The notes: generated by a model not told the origin, from the letters alone. Shown: positions 43,340-53,485, counted from the stretch's first letter. The stretch is DNA of 64,000 nt from Bacillota bacterium (GCA_050952465.1 JBMNKZ010000014.1:26613-90612), one strand, 5' to 3'. Program-made: numbers and translations.

Positions 43340-43368
43340 GTTACCATTAAAGCAACAAACGTCACTAT
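43340..43368. repeat. Approx. 30-nt direct repeat, copy B (downstream of purD)
   Basis: gttaccattaaagcaacaaacgtcactat. See copy A at 41327. Confidence 0.5.
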
Positions 43369-43401
43369 TTACTTTTGTCTAATTATAATACTTTAATTTG
43401 C

Positions 43402-44676
43402 TTAATTGCGTAATAAATTTAAAGCTCTTTTACCAATATCAGTTCGATAATGCATATCATCAAAGTTGATTTTCTTTACATACTGATACACATGTTTGAT
43501 TGCTTCTTCCACTGTTTTACCTTTTGCCGTCACACCCAGCACCCGACCTCCGGAGGTTACCAAAACTCCTTCCCGGAAAGACGTCCCTCCATGAAAAACA
43601 TATCCATCAGGGTACGTGAGTTCCAACCCTCGAATCTCTTTCCCGGTTTCGTAGTGTCCCGGATAACCACCGGATGCCAAAACTACACAGACAGCAGCTT
43701 CATCAAACCATTCAATTTTCTGCTGATCCAGACGTCCCTCCAGAATCGCTTCAATAATATCAATCAGGTCAGTTTTAAGACGCATCAAAACCGGCTGAGT
43801 TTCCGGATCTCCAAAGCGGGCATTGTATTCCAAAACCTTTACTCCGGTAGATGTTAGCATTAATCCGGCATAAATCACGCCCCGGTAAGTCCGGCCTTCT
43901 GCTTTCAGTCCGGCAATGGTGGGTTTTAAGATCTTCTCTAAGGTAATTTGGGCAATTTCTGAAGTATAAACAGGAGCGGGAGAATATGCTCCCATGCCAC
44001 CGGTATTAGGCCCTTGATCATCATTAAACACCCGTTTGTGATCTTGTGCCGAAACCATGGGGACGACATGATCCCCATCAGTGAAAGCCAAAATGCTGAC
44101 CTCTTCTCCTGTTAAATACTCTTCAATGATCACCTTAGCCCCAGCTGTTCCAAAAATCTGATCTTCCATGATTTCTTTTACAGCTCTCACAGCGGTTTCT
44201 GTGTCAAAAGCGACAATTACGCCTTTACCTGCCGCCAAACCATCTGCCTTCACTACAACGGGTGCTCCTATTTTTTTGATATAGGTTATGGCAGGTTCTG
44301 CTTTATCAAAAACACGATATTCGGCAGTTGGGATCTGGTACTTTTCCATAATCCTTTTTGCTAAAGCCTTGCTCCCTTCTATTTCCGCCGCCTCCTGGGA
44401 AGGCCCAAAGATCTTTAAACCAGCGGAAGAAAATTTGTTTACAATCCCCGCTACCAGGGGAGCCTCCGGGCCAACTACCGTCAAATCTATTTCTTGGTCT
44501 TTTGCAAAGCTTAGCAGCCTGTCTATATCATTAGCGGCAATATCAACACACTCCGCCAATTGGGAAATCCCGGCATTCCCCGGAGCACAATATATTTTAC
44601 TTACTCTTGGGCTTTGAGCCAATTTCCAAACCAGGGCATGCTCCCGGCCTCCTCCGCCTACCACCAGTATTTTCAT
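43402..44676 (-). CDS. purD: Phosphoribosylamine-glycine ligase
   Basis: MKILVVGGGGREHALVWKL, ATP-grasp. Preferred start is ATG 44676 with RBS GGGGAG. Confidence 0.95.
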   Translation of the reverse strand: MKILVVGGGGREHALVWKLAQSPRVSKIYCAPGNAGISQLAECVDIAANDIDRLLSFAKDQEIDLTVVGPEAPLVAGIVNKFSSAGLKIFGPSQEAAEIEGSKALAKRIMEKYQIPTAEYRVFDKAEPAITYIKKIGAPVVVKADGLAAGKGVIVAFDTETAVRAVKEIMEDQIFGTAGAKVIIEEYLTGEEVSILAFTDGDHVVPMVSAQDHKRVFNDDQGPNTGGMGAYSPAPVYTSEIAQITLEKILKPTIAGLKAEGRTYRGVIYAGLMLTSTGVKVLEYNARFGDPETQPVLMRLKTDLIDIIEAILEGRLDQQKIEWFDEAAVCVVLASGGYPGHYETGKEIRGLELTYPDGYVFHGGTSFREGVLVTSGGRVLGVTAKGKTVEEAIKHVYQYVKKINFDDMHYRTDIGKRALNLLRN

Positions 44677-44707
44677 TGAAAACAACTCCCCTATATATTA
44701 ATATCCC

Positions 44708-44735
44708 TTGCGGGCGATTCATGAATCGCCCGCAA
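44708..44735. repeat. REP-like palindromic element, extended copy
   Basis: ttgcgggcgattcatgaatcgcccgcaa, a 28-nt perfect palindrome in the purH-purD spacer. Confidence 0.6.
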
Positions 44736-44781
44736 CGTGCCAGATGAGATGAACAGTGTACACTCCGTAGAGTAGATCCCT

Positions 44782-46323
44782 CTAATGTTTAAAATGCCTC
44801 ATACCGGTAAATACCATAGCAATGTTGTGTTCATCAGCAGCTTTAATAGACTCCTCGTCCCTGAGAGAGCCGCCCGGTTGGATAATCGCGGTAATTCCCG
44901 CTTTGGCTGCCTGATCGATGGTATCGCGGAAAGGGAAAAAAGCGTCGGAGGCAAGAACTGCACCTACGCACTTCTCACCGGCCTGGGCAAAGGCAATATT
45001 TGCTGATCCCACGCGATTCATCTGACCGGCACCTACGCCAATGGTTTGGCGATCCTTGGAGACCACGATGGCATTTGATTTAACATGCTTCACCACTTTC
45101 CAAGAGAATAATAGTTCCGCCACTTCCTCCGGAGTAGGCTTTCTCTTGGTGACTACTTTCAGATCAGACTCAGACACCCGCCCGGTATCAACTTCTTGAA
45201 GGAGTATGCCTCCGTTTACCTTTTTAACATCATATTTTGATCCTTCTGCCTTAGTCAAATCTCCCGTTTCCAAAAGCCGAATATTAGCCTTTTTCGTCAA
45301 CACTTCCAGGGCTTCCGGTGAAAAAGACGGGGCAATAACAGCTTCTAAAAAGGTTTTTGTCATTTTTTCCGCCGTATCTTTATCAACGGTTTGATTTAAT
45401 CCCACAATGCCCCCAAAAGCAGAAACGGGATCAGCATCAAAAGCCCTAGTGTAGGCCTCGGTCAAAGTCTCCCCAAGTGCCGTCCCACAAGGATTTGTAT
45501 GCTTAATAATTACTGCCGCAGGGGAATCAAATTCTCTCACCAGCTCCAAAGCAGCATTAAGGTCAATAATATTATTGAAAGATAATTCCTTTCCATGAAT
45601 TTGCCGGGCAGTGCCTACCCCTGCCCCTTTTACCCCAGCTTCTCGGTAAAAAACGGCCTTTTGGTGAGGGTTTTCCCCGTAGCGCAAATCCTGGATTTTT
45701 TCTCCTCTTAAGGCCAGATTCATGGGAAATTGATGAGAATTATCCATCACCTGAGCCAAATATTCGGCAATATATGTATCATAATCGGCCGTATGGGCAA
45801 AAGCTTCCGCCGCCAAACTTAACCTTAAAGCTGCGCTTACTTCCCCGGTGGACTTTAACTCATTGATTACATCTTGATATCTATCGGGATTTACCACGAT
45901 AGCAACGGCGAGATAGTTTTTTGCGGCCGCCCGCACCATGGTAGGTCCGCCAATATCAATATTTTCGATAGCTTCTTCTAGGGTAACATTTTCTTTTGCG
46001 ATGGTTTGCTTAAAGGGATATAAGTTCACTACCACCAAATCAATAGGGATAATCCCTAAATCTTTTAACTGAGCCAGATGTTCCGGTGTCCTTTTGGCTA
46101 AAATCCCTCCATGCACGTGGGGATGCAGGGTTTTTACCCGGCCTTCCAAAATTTCCGGAAAACCGGTAATTTCGGTGACATATGTAGCAGGAACTCCCGC
46201 CTGAGTAATCGCTTTAAAAGTTCCCCCGGTGGATACTATTTCATAGTCCAATGCCACCAATTCCCGGGCCAATTCTACCACACCTGTTTTATTGGACACA
46301 CTTATTATCGCTCTTTTTTTCAT
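44782..46323 (-). CDS. purH: Bifunctional AICAR transformylase / IMP cyclohydrolase
   Basis: [14 protein letters not shown]...GGTFK...HPHVHGGIL. Preferred start is ATG 46323. Confidence 0.95.
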   Translation of the reverse strand: MKKRAIISVSNKTGVVELARELVALDYEIVSTGGTFKAITQAGVPATYVTEITGFPEILEGRVKTLHPHVHGGILAKRTPEHLAQLKDLGIIPIDLVVVNLYPFKQTIAKENVTLEEAIENIDIGGPTMVRAAAKNYLAVAIVVNPDRYQDVINELKSTGEVSAALRLSLAAEAFAHTADYDTYIAEYLAQVMDNSHQFPMNLALRGEKIQDLRYGENPHQKAVFYREAGVKGAGVGTARQIHGKELSFNNIIDLNAALELVREFDSPAAVIIKHTNPCGTALGETLTEAYTRAFDADPVSAFGGIVGLNQTVDKDTAEKMTKTFLEAVIAPSFSPEALEVLTKKANIRLLETGDLTKAEGSKYDVKKVNGGILLQEVDTGRVSESDLKVVTKRKPTPEEVAELLFSWKVVKHVKSNAIVVSKDRQTIGVGAGQMNRVGSANIAFAQAGEKCVGAVLASDAFFPFRDTIDQAAKAGITAIIQPGGSLRDEESIKAADEHNIAMVFTGMRHFKH

Positions 46324-46365
46324 TAAGAACACTTCCTTTCATCTGAAGGCATACAATGCCGTTCC

Positions 46366-46974
46366 CTACAATATTTTTACCCTGCGGCCGGAAACTTTCA
46401 CCCGACCTTCGGCAATCCATTGGATGGCTTGAGGATATAATTTATGTTCCTCAATTAGAATCCGCTCTGATAAAGTCTCTTCCGTGTCATCATACTTTAC
46501 AGGAACACTGCGCTGGGCAATGATCGGGCCGGTATCTACCCCCTGATCCACAAAATGCACCGTGCAGCCGGAGATTTTCACTCCATATTCCAGAGCTTGT
46601 TTTTGAGCATGAGTACCTGGAAAAGATGGAAGTAAGGCCGGATGAATGTTAATTACCTTGTGAGGGAATTGATCCAAAAATCCCGTGCTGAGCACACGCA
46701 TAAATCCCGCCAGCACTACCAAGTCTACCTGAAACTCTTTAACTTTTTCTGCTAAAGCCAGATCATAATCTCTTCGGCTGGAGTGTACTTTGGGGTTAAG
46801 AAATAAAGCCGGAATATTTTCAGATTGTGCTCTCTCTAAAGCCTGGGCATGAGGACAATCGCTGATCACCGCCTTAATCTCTGCGGATAAGCGGCCGTTT
46901 TTTATCTCATCTATAATGGCCTGAAGATTAGAACCCCGGCCTGATGCAAGAACTGCCAGTTTAATTAATGCCAT
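46366..46974 (-). CDS. purN: Phosphoribosylglycinamide formyltransferase
   Basis: LAVLASGRGSNLQAIID...INIHPALLPSFPG. Confidence 0.9.
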   Translation of the reverse strand: MALIKLAVLASGRGSNLQAIIDEIKNGRLSAEIKAVISDCPHAQALERAQSENIPALFLNPKVHSSRRDYDLALAEKVKEFQVDLVVLAGFMRVLSTGFLDQFPHKVINIHPALLPSFPGTHAQKQALEYGVKISGCTVHFVDQGVDTGPIIAQRSVPVKYDDTEETLSERILIEEHKLYPQAIQWIAEGRVKVSGRRVKIL

Positions 46975-47004
46975 CTCTTTTCTCTCCTTTTACCAGCCTC
47001 AATA

Positions 47005-48024
47005 TCACCGTGTTAAGTGGACGCCTTTGCTGCCGGAAGTGATCCGGCCCATGACAAAAGAACCGGGGCAATCCGATAGAATCCCTGATACATCAGCCGG
47101 ATCCACCATCAGGCAATAGCCCACACCCATATTAAACACCCGGTACATTTCCTCTTCCGCCACCGAGCCTAATCTTTGAATCAGCCGAAAAACTGGAGGT
47201 GCTTCCCAAGAATTTAAGTTGATTTCCGCCTGCACTCCCTCCGGAAACACTCGAGGCAGATTTTCCACTAATCCCCCGCCGGTAATATGAGCCATCCCTT
47301 TTATTTGATATTTATTAAGTAAAGGAAGGACATCTTTAACATAAATCCGGGTAGGTTTTAAAATGGCCTCGCCTAATGTAGATCCTAATTCAGGGACAAA
47401 TTCTTTTAAGTCTAGTCCGGCCATCTCCAAGAGAACTTTTCTGGCCAGAGAAAAACCGTTGGAATGAAGACCGCTGGAGGGAAGCCCAATCATGATATCA
47501 CCGGGTTTAAGGGAGGAACCATTGATAATCCTATCTTTATCTACTACCCCTACGGCAAAACCGGCAAGATCATATTCATCATCGGGATAAAAGCCCGGCA
47601 TCTCCGCCGTTTCTCCCCCAATCAGGGCACATCCAGCCTGAAGGCAGCCTTCCGCCACACCTTTGACAATATCGGCGACCTTGACCGGATCTAATTTACC
47701 TACCGCTAAATAGTCTAAAAAGAAAAGAGGTTCCGCACCCTGGACTAAAATATCATTTACACACATAGCCACGGCATCTATCCCGATGGTGTGATGTATC
47801 CCGGTGGAAATGGCTATTTTTAGTTTGGTGCCTACTCCATCTGTTCCCGATACTAACACCGGCTGGCGATATTTATCTGTATTAAGGGCAAACAAACCGG
47901 CAAAGCTCCCCAGGTCTGTCAACACTTCAGGCCGAAAAGTTTTTTTCACGTGGTTTTTCATCAGGCGCACTGCTTCGTTACCGGCAGAAATATCCACTCC
48001 TGACTCTTGATATGTTATGCCCAT
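47005..48024 (-). CDS. purM: Phosphoribosylformylglycinamidine cyclo-ligase (AIR synthetase)
   Basis: [10 protein letters not shown]...DGVGTKL...FLDY, typical of PurM. Confidence 0.95.
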   Translation of the reverse strand: MGITYQESGVDISAGNEAVRLMKNHVKKTFRPEVLTDLGSFAGLFALNTDKYRQPVLVSGTDGVGTKLKIAISTGIHHTIGIDAVAMCVNDILVQGAEPLFFLDYLAVGKLDPVKVADIVKGVAEGCLQAGCALIGGETAEMPGFYPDDEYDLAGFAVGVVDKDRIINGSSLKPGDIMIGLPSSGLHSNGFSLARKVLLEMAGLDLKEFVPELGSTLGEAILKPTRIYVKDVLPLLNKYQIKGMAHITGGGLVENLPRVFPEGVQAEINLNSWEAPPVFRLIQRLGSVAEEEMYRVFNMGVGYCLMVDPADVSGILSDCPGSFVMGRITSGSKGVHLTR

Positions 48025-49437
48025 TTAATCCACCTCCAATTCCAGGGAGTATTTGCCCAAATTTTGAGGAATATCAATAGGATAATTTCCGGTAAAACAT
48101 GCCCCACAGAAATTATCTTCCGGTAAGCCGGTAGCCTTTAACATCCCCTCCAGACTAAGATAATGAAGGCCGTCCGCCCCGATAAAATCACGAATCTCAT
48201 CCAAAGGATGTTTGGCAGCGATCAATTGATTTCTTTCAGAGGTATCAATCCCGTAGTAACAGGGATAATGGATTGGAGGAGAACTGACTAACAAATGAAC
48301 TTCTTTTGCTCCGGTATTTCTTAACATTTGGACAATTTGCTTACAGGTTGTCCCCCGCACCACAGAGTCATCCACCATAATTACTTTTTTCCCCTCCAAA
48401 ATTTCTTGAATGGGATTAAGCTTTAAACGTACTGCCGTTTCCCGCATCTTTTGAATTGGTTGAATAAAGGTGCGTCCGATATAGCGATTTTTCATCAGGC
48501 CCTCCATATAAGGAATGCCCGAGGCTTCTGCATATCCTAAAGCTGCGGCAACTCCGGAATCCGGAACAGGAATAACAATATCTGCGTCCATTGGGTATTC
48601 CTTAGCCAGTTCCCGGCCCATTTCCCGACGCACTAAAGTGACATTTTTGCCGGCGAAATTGGAATCCGGACGGGCTAAATAAACAAATTCGAAAATACAA
48701 AAGGATTGGCGTGGATGAGCTAAAGTCTTAACACTCTTTATACCCTCTCGGTCAATAATCACAATTTCTCCCGGCTCAACCTCTCTGATAAACTCAGCAC
48801 CTACTGTATCCAGGGCACAGGTTTCAGAGGCCAAAATAAATGCCTTCCCTCTTTTACCAATGCAAAGAGGCCGTACTCCATGAGGGTCTCTTACTCCGAT
48901 GAGCTTATCTTCCGTCATAATCAGTAAAGAATAAGCCCCCTTAATGTCAATGATGGTTTTCATCAAAGCTTCTTCAATGGAACCTTGACCATAGCGGGCA
49001 ATAAGCTTTACAATCACTTCGCTGTCCGAAGTAGTTTGAAACACCGACCCATTAACGGCAAGTCTATGGCGAATTTCACGGGCATTGGTCAGGTTTCCGT
49101 TATGAGCCAAAGATATTAGCCCTTTTAAGTAGCTAAAATCCAAAGGCTGGGCATTAGACACCGAACTAGAGCCGCTGGTAGAGTATCTGACATGACCTAT
49201 CGCAATATGGCCTTTCATGGGTTCCAATAGTTTTTCATTGAACACTTCAGGCACCAACCCCATACCCTTATGGCTTTTAAATTGTTTGCCATCGGATACG
49301 GTAATCCCGGCACTTTCCTGGCCCCGGTGCTGCAAAGCATAAAGGCCATAATAAGTGAAGTTTGCCACATCTAAATTATGACCGTAGATTCCAAACAAAC
49401 CACACTCTTCTTTTGGTTTATCATCAATATTTAGCAT
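48025..49437 (-). CDS. purF: Amidophosphoribosyltransferase
   Basis: A propeptide followed by the catalytic Cys (EECGLFGIYG), the PRPP-binding VIMVDDSVVRGTT motif and a C-terminal Fe-S cysteine pair. Start is ATG 49437, or GTG 49446 as in the track. Confidence 0.95.
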   Translation of the reverse strand: MLNIDDKPKEECGLFGIYGHNLDVANFTYYGLYALQHRGQESAGITVSDGKQFKSHKGMGLVPEVFNEKLLEPMKGHIAIGHVRYSTSGSSSVSNAQPLDFSYLKGLISLAHNGNLTNAREIRHRLAVNGSVFQTTSDSEVIVKLIARYGQGSIEEALMKTIIDIKGAYSLLIMTEDKLIGVRDPHGVRPLCIGKRGKAFILASETCALDTVGAEFIREVEPGEIVIIDREGIKSVKTLAHPRQSFCIFEFVYLARPDSNFAGKNVTLVRREMGRELAKEYPMDADIVIPVPDSGVAAALGYAEASGIPYMEGLMKNRYIGRTFIQPIQKMRETAVRLKLNPIQEILEGKKVIMVDDSVVRGTTCKQIVQMLRNTGAKEVHLLVSSPPIHYPCYYGIDTSERNQLIAAKHPLDEIRDFIGADGLHYLSLEGMLKATGLPEDNFCGACFTGNYPIDIPQNLGKYSLELEVD

Positions 49438-49493
49438 ATCGGGCACCCCATTTCCCCCTTTTCTTCATTCTCCTTTACTCTTAACATCCTCGC

Positions 49494-50786
49494 TTACAAT
49501 CCCGCCCGTTCAAAAATATAATCTATATATCTGATATGGTAATCATAGTCAAAAAGCTGATCCACTTCCTCATTGGTAAGGTAGTTCATAATATCTTTAT
49601 CCTGCAAAACAAGATATTCAAAATCCGTCTTTGTTTGCCAGGCATGCAAAGCATTTCTCTGTACCCATTCATAAGCAGTTTCCCTTAAGATACCCTTGTC
49701 CACCAAAGCCAGCATCACCCGTTGTGAGAATACCAGTCCCAAGGTCTTGTCCATATTTTTACGCATATTCTCAGGATAGACATTTAAGTTCTCCATCACA
49801 TTAATAAACAAATGCAGCATGTAATCTAAGATAATGCAACTATCCGGTATAATCACCCTTTCCACTGAGGAATGGGTAATATCCCGTTCATGCCAGAGGG
49901 CTATGTTTTCCATAGCAGCTAAAGCATTTCCCCTAAGAACCCTTGATAACCCAGTGATCCGTTCCACAGTAATGGGGTTTTTCTTATGGGGCATGGCGGA
50001 AGATCCCTTCTGCCCCTTGGCAAAAGCTTCTTCTACCTCCAGAATATCCGTCCGCTGAAGATTTCTAATCTCTGTGGCAAATTTTCCAATAGAACTTCCG
50101 ATTAAAGCCAATGTGGTGATAAATTCTGCATGACGGTCTCTTTGAATTATTTGGGTAGAAACCAGGGCCGGCTTTAAGTCCATTTGACGGCAAACATGTT
50201 CTTCTACATGAGGGTCAATGTTAGCAAAGGTTCCCACGGCACCGGAGATTTTTCCCACAGAAATTACTTCTTTCGCTTTAATCAAGCGCTCAAGACAACG
50301 ATCAACTTCCATAGTCCACAGGGCCATTTTAAAACCAAAGGTTACCGGTTCGGCATGAATCCCGTGGGTACGCCCCACTTCCAAGGTATATTTATATTTC
50401 CGGGCCTTCTCCTCTAAAACATCTCTCAGTTTCCTTAGTCTTGCGATAAGTAATTCTGCGGCTTCTTTCATTTGGGCAGAGAGTGCAGTATCTAAAACGT
50501 CGGAAGAAGTCATTCCCATATGAATATACTTAGATGCTTCTCCCACCTTTTCCCCTACTGCGGTTAAAAAAGCAATCACGTCATGGCGGGTGATCTCTTC
50601 TATTTCTTCAATTCGGGAAATTTCAAAACCCGCCTTTTCTTTAATCTCCAGGAAGTCCTCCCGGGGAATTAAACCCAAATCAGCCATGGCCTCACAAGCA
50701 TAAATCTCTACGTCAAGCATTTTTTGAAAGCGGTTTCTCGGTTCCCATACACCGCCCATTTCCGGTAAAGTATACCGTCCTATCAT
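49494..50786 (-). CDS. purB: Adenylosuccinate lyase
   Basis: 430 aa. GMTSSDVLDT and the signature SSAMPHKKNP. Confidence 0.95.
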   Translation of the reverse strand: MIGRYTLPEMGGVWEPRNRFQKMLDVEIYACEAMADLGLIPREDFLEIKEKAGFEISRIEEIEEITRHDVIAFLTAVGEKVGEASKYIHMGMTSSDVLDTALSAQMKEAAELLIARLRKLRDVLEEKARKYKYTLEVGRTHGIHAEPVTFGFKMALWTMEVDRCLERLIKAKEVISVGKISGAVGTFANIDPHVEEHVCRQMDLKPALVSTQIIQRDRHAEFITTLALIGSSIGKFATEIRNLQRTDILEVEEAFAKGQKGSSAMPHKKNPITVERITGLSRVLRGNALAAMENIALWHERDITHSSVERVIIPDSCIILDYMLHLFINVMENLNVYPENMRKNMDKTLGLVFSQRVMLALVDKGILRETAYEWVQRNALHAWQTKTDFEYLVLQDKDIMNYLTNEEVDQLFDYDYHIRYIDYIFERAGL

Positions 50787-50844
50787 GTCCTTTCCCCCTC
50801 TTGTAAAATGCTATTTAACCTTATCATGTTTTCAAATACGTACA

Positions 50845-50867
50845 GGCGATTCATGAATCGCCCCTAC
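50845..50867. repeat. REP-like palindromic element
   Basis: ggcgattcatgaatcgcccctac, in the purE-purB spacer. Confidence 0.6.
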
Positions 50868-50870
50868 CCT

Positions 50871-51404
50871 TTATTTCATTTCTTCGAGATACTTAGAAAC
50901 TCCTAATTCCTGCAAACGGTAATCTTTCGCCTCTACCTGTTCTGCCATTTCTTTCTTAAACTTAACTAGCTGTTCTTTTATCTCAGGATATTTTAAAGAT
51001 AAAATTTCCGCCGCCAAAATACCGGCATTTTTCGCCCCGTTAATTGAAACTGTAGCCACAGGTATGCCTGGTGGCATCTGTACAATGGAATATAGTGAAT
51101 CGATCCCGTTTAGAGTCGCTGTTTTAATAGGCACGCCAATGACAGGAAGAGTAGTAAAAGCAGCAATCACCCCAGGTAAATGAGCAGCTCCTCCCGCCCC
51201 GGCAATGATTACCTCTATCCCTTTTTCCTCGGCCTGTTCTGCAATCATGGCAGTTTTATGAGGCACCCGGTGAGCAGATGATATATGTACCTGACAGCCA
51301 ATCCCCATTTTATCTAAAAAGTTTACTGCATCCTTCATTACCGGCAGATCCGAATCACTTCCCATTATCACTGCTACCTTAATCCCATTCAATTCTTTTG
51401 CCAC
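50871..51404 (-). CDS. purE: 5-(carboxyamino)imidazole ribonucleotide mutase
   Basis: VAVIMGSDSDLPVM...SAHR.P...AGGAAHLPG. The start is ambiguous, GTG 51404 or TTG 51392. Confidence 0.9.
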   Translation of the reverse strand: MAKELNGIKVAVIMGSDSDLPVMKDAVNFLDKMGIGCQVHISSAHRVPHKTAMIAEQAEEKGIEVIIAGAGGAAHLPGVIAAFTTLPVIGVPIKTATLNGIDSLYSIVQMPPGIPVATVSINGAKNAGILAAEILSLKYPEIKEQLVKFKKEMAEQVEAKDYRLQELGVSKYLEEMK

Positions 51405-51436
51405 CTTTCTTTTAATATCATTTCATTTTTGTTTCA

Positions 51437-51465
51437 AATATATCAATCCTTACTACCAATGTCAA
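51437..51465 (-). promoter_or_regulatory. SigA-type promoter of the pur operon
   Basis: Minus strand reads TTGACA (51460-51465), a 17-nt spacer, then TATATT (51437-51442). It lies about 30 nt upstream of purE. Confidence 0.5.
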
Positions 51466-51471
51466 GAAAAA

Positions 51472-51511
51472 ATACGAACATTAATATATGTTTCTCAATT
51501 AATGTTCGTAT
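51472..51511. promoter_or_regulatory. Inverted pair of PurBox-like sequences (also a hairpin + T-run after the upstream gene)
   Basis: atacgaacattaat-N12-attaatgttcgtat, with perfect 14-nt arms. Each arm contains the ACGAACATT core of the Bacillus PurR box (AWWWCCGAACWWT). It abuts the -35 element. On the minus strand it is followed by TTTTTT. Confidence 0.5.
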
Positions 51512-51539
51512 TATCCCATTCTTTTAATTTTTCTATCTG

Positions 51540-52808
51540 CTAAAGGTGATCAGACCCTCTCATTAATGCCGACTGACGCCCGGTGAACTTCCTTCTCCTG
51601 GGTAGATCCGGCCAAGAAACCTGAGAGCGACCTAATGTCCCAATAAAAGAAGAAAAGGCAATAAATAATAATCCAATTTGAGGTGCCATCGCGGTAAAAT
51701 CAAAAATGCCATGCCCCCAAAACAAAGCCTGTACTGCCGCTAAAAGAGGTGCCAGAGGGCATTTCTCCTGGGACAATTCCCAAAGCTGAGCCAGAAGATG
51801 TCCTTCCATCCAGATAAAAATCAATATCCCTACCGATCCCAGCATCACGGCTAAAGAGATCAACATATTATGAGCATGCAGAACCCGGAGATACTGATAA
51901 ACATTATCATCAGCAAAATAAATCCCCATAATGCCCCATCCGGTAATAGGTTTTTTTAAATACATATTAAAACAATTTTCCCAAATAGCCCACCTAAGAT
52001 CAATGGTTAAAGACAATAAATCTCCTCGGGGGAACCATTCCGAATAGCCGAGAAAAATCAGCAGCCCCACAAACAAGATCAAAATACGCAGTATAAAATG
52101 AAACATCCTGCCTTTTACCAGATCATATACGGTCAAGCCTATTAAAAGCCCGATAAATGCTCCCCGAGAACCAGTCATCACCAAAACAACAATTAGCAGC
52201 AAAAGACTAAAAAAAAGCATATGTCGTTTCTGTCCCTGGGACTTTTCATAGAAATGAAACCCCACCAAAATCATTACCCCGTACCAGGAAGCAGCTAGGT
52301 TAGGATTGCCAAAGGTCCCCGTAATGCGTAAAAGGTTATCATCATTAGGAATCAAGGTAGTTAAACCAAAAAAACATTTCCACCAGGATGAGGCGGGAGT
52401 TATCACATCCAACCCTTCCAGAATACCAATAACAGCTGAAATTAAGGTTAATGAAAATATGTAATAAAGGATTTTTTCAATTTTCTCCGTGGTTTGATAA
52501 TTATGATGTAAAAAAAGACTTACCCCGTAAAAACCAAAAAAAGCAAAGCCAGCGGCAAAGGAGTACCCTTGCCTGTTAATCAGTCCAACTATCAAAGACC
52601 AAAGGAATAACAAGAACATTCCTGTGGTCCAGGTATTCCCCCCATCTATTTGCTTTCTACGCACCAGATGAATTAGAGCTAACATCTGGGGCAGATAAAC
52701 TAGAAAGGGAGAAAAAACAACAAACATATAATTAATTCCCACTCTTATCCCCCATTCACCGAAAATATGGGATTCCTCGACCATAACATAATTACTATTA
52801 TAACGCAA
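51540..52808 (-). CDS. O-antigen ligase (Wzy_C) family membrane protein
   Basis: About 12 TM segments and a central loop with the GSRGAFIGLLIG pattern. The start is uncertain (TTG 52808 or an internal ATG). Confidence 0.65.
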   Translation of the reverse strand: MRYNSNYVMVEESHIFGEWGIRVGINYMFVVFSPFLVYLPQMLALIHLVRRKQIDGGNTWTTGMFLLFLWSLIVGLINRQGYSFAAGFAFFGFYGVSLFLHHNYQTTEKIEKILYYIFSLTLISAVIGILEGLDVITPASSWWKCFFGLTTLIPNDDNLLRITGTFGNPNLAASWYGVMILVGFHFYEKSQGQKRHMLFFSLLLLIVVLVMTGSRGAFIGLLIGLTVYDLVKGRMFHFILRILILFVGLLIFLGYSEWFPRGDLLSLTIDLRWAIWENCFNMYLKKPITGWGIMGIYFADDNVYQYLRVLHAHNMLISLAVMLGSVGILIFIWMEGHLLAQLWELSQEKCPLAPLLAAVQALFWGHGIFDFTAMAPQIGLLFIAFSSFIGTLGRSQVSWPDLPRRRKFTGRQSALMRGSDHL

Positions 52809-53054
52809 CGGTAGAAAATTTTTAGGTTGGAGAAAAATTTTCCTACCTTAGTGCATTTCAACGAGGCAGAAAAATCTTTTTCCATTCCCTAATTCGAGTA
52901 AAAATCTTTTTGGAGAAAAAGTATTTTGGACACAAACTGTGTCAAACCATATTCCTGTTTCATAACATGTACTAAGACAATCAACTAACCACCCGCTCAA
53001 GGTTTATAACCTCTGTTTTTGGTGGTTACGAGATAAGGAAAGGGGGTCTGTGTA

Positions 53055-53213
53055 ATGGGAAGAAGATGTAGAGAAGACCGGGTTGAATCGGTACGGGACA
53101 ATTGCTACGACCGCAACGAAGGAATGTTCGGGAACATTATTTGCTTAATAATTGTATTAATCGTGCTGGAATTTCTGTGCTCACTTTTAGGTGAGGAAGA
53201 ATGTGGTTGCTAA
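53055..53213 (+). CDS. Tiny Cys-rich hydrophobic peptide 1 (YjcZ-like architecture), not in track
   Basis: RBS AAGGGGG, then MGRRCREDRVESVRDNCYDRNEGMFGNIICLIIVLIVLEFLCSLLGEEECGC (52 aa). It is paralogous to the next small ORF. Confidence 0.45.
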   Translation: MGRRCREDRVESVRDNCYDRNEGMFGNIICLIIVLIVLEFLCSLLGEEECGC

Positions 53214-53263
53214 GTCCTAGTCTGTAAGTTCTAAAAATCAATTATTAAAAGGGAGGATAAAAT

Positions 53264-53398
53264 ATGAGTATTCTCGGCTGCTTTGGGGGACATAACGGTT
53301 GCGGCGGTTTTGACGATATCGTTGATTTAATTATCGTTTTAATCGTGCTCCAATTCCTCTGCTCCTGTGTACTTGGCCAACAAAAACATGGCTGCTAA
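53264..53398 (+). CDS. Tiny Cys-rich hydrophobic peptide 2 (YjcZ-like architecture), not in track
   Basis: RBS GGGAGG, then MSILGCFGGHNGCGGFDDIVDLIIVLIVLQFLCSCVLGQQKHGC (44 aa). It shares the IIVLIVL(E/Q)FLCS core and a C-terminal GC with peptide 1. Confidence 0.5.
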   Translation: MSILGCFGGHNGCGGFDDIVDLIIVLIVLQFLCSCVLGQQKHGC

Positions 53399-53441
53399 CA
53401 AAACATTTTGATCTATGAACCTATAAATCAGCGAGTGTCCC

Positions 53442-53485
53442 AGCTGCATCTGTTTTCCAGATGCAGCTTTCTATTTATTTTTTCT
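53442..53485 (+). terminator. Intrinsic terminator after the tiny-peptide pair
   Basis: agctgcatctg-ttttc-cagatgcagct (perfect 11-bp stem) followed by a T-rich tract. Confidence 0.6.

Noticed and set aside
52871-52915. Duplicated 12-mer aaaaatcttttt upstream of the tiny-peptide genes, and possible sporulation-sigma promoter motifs near 52950-52975
   Set aside because: The sequence is low-complexity and AT-rich, and the spacing does not convincingly match the SigE, SigK or SigG consensus.
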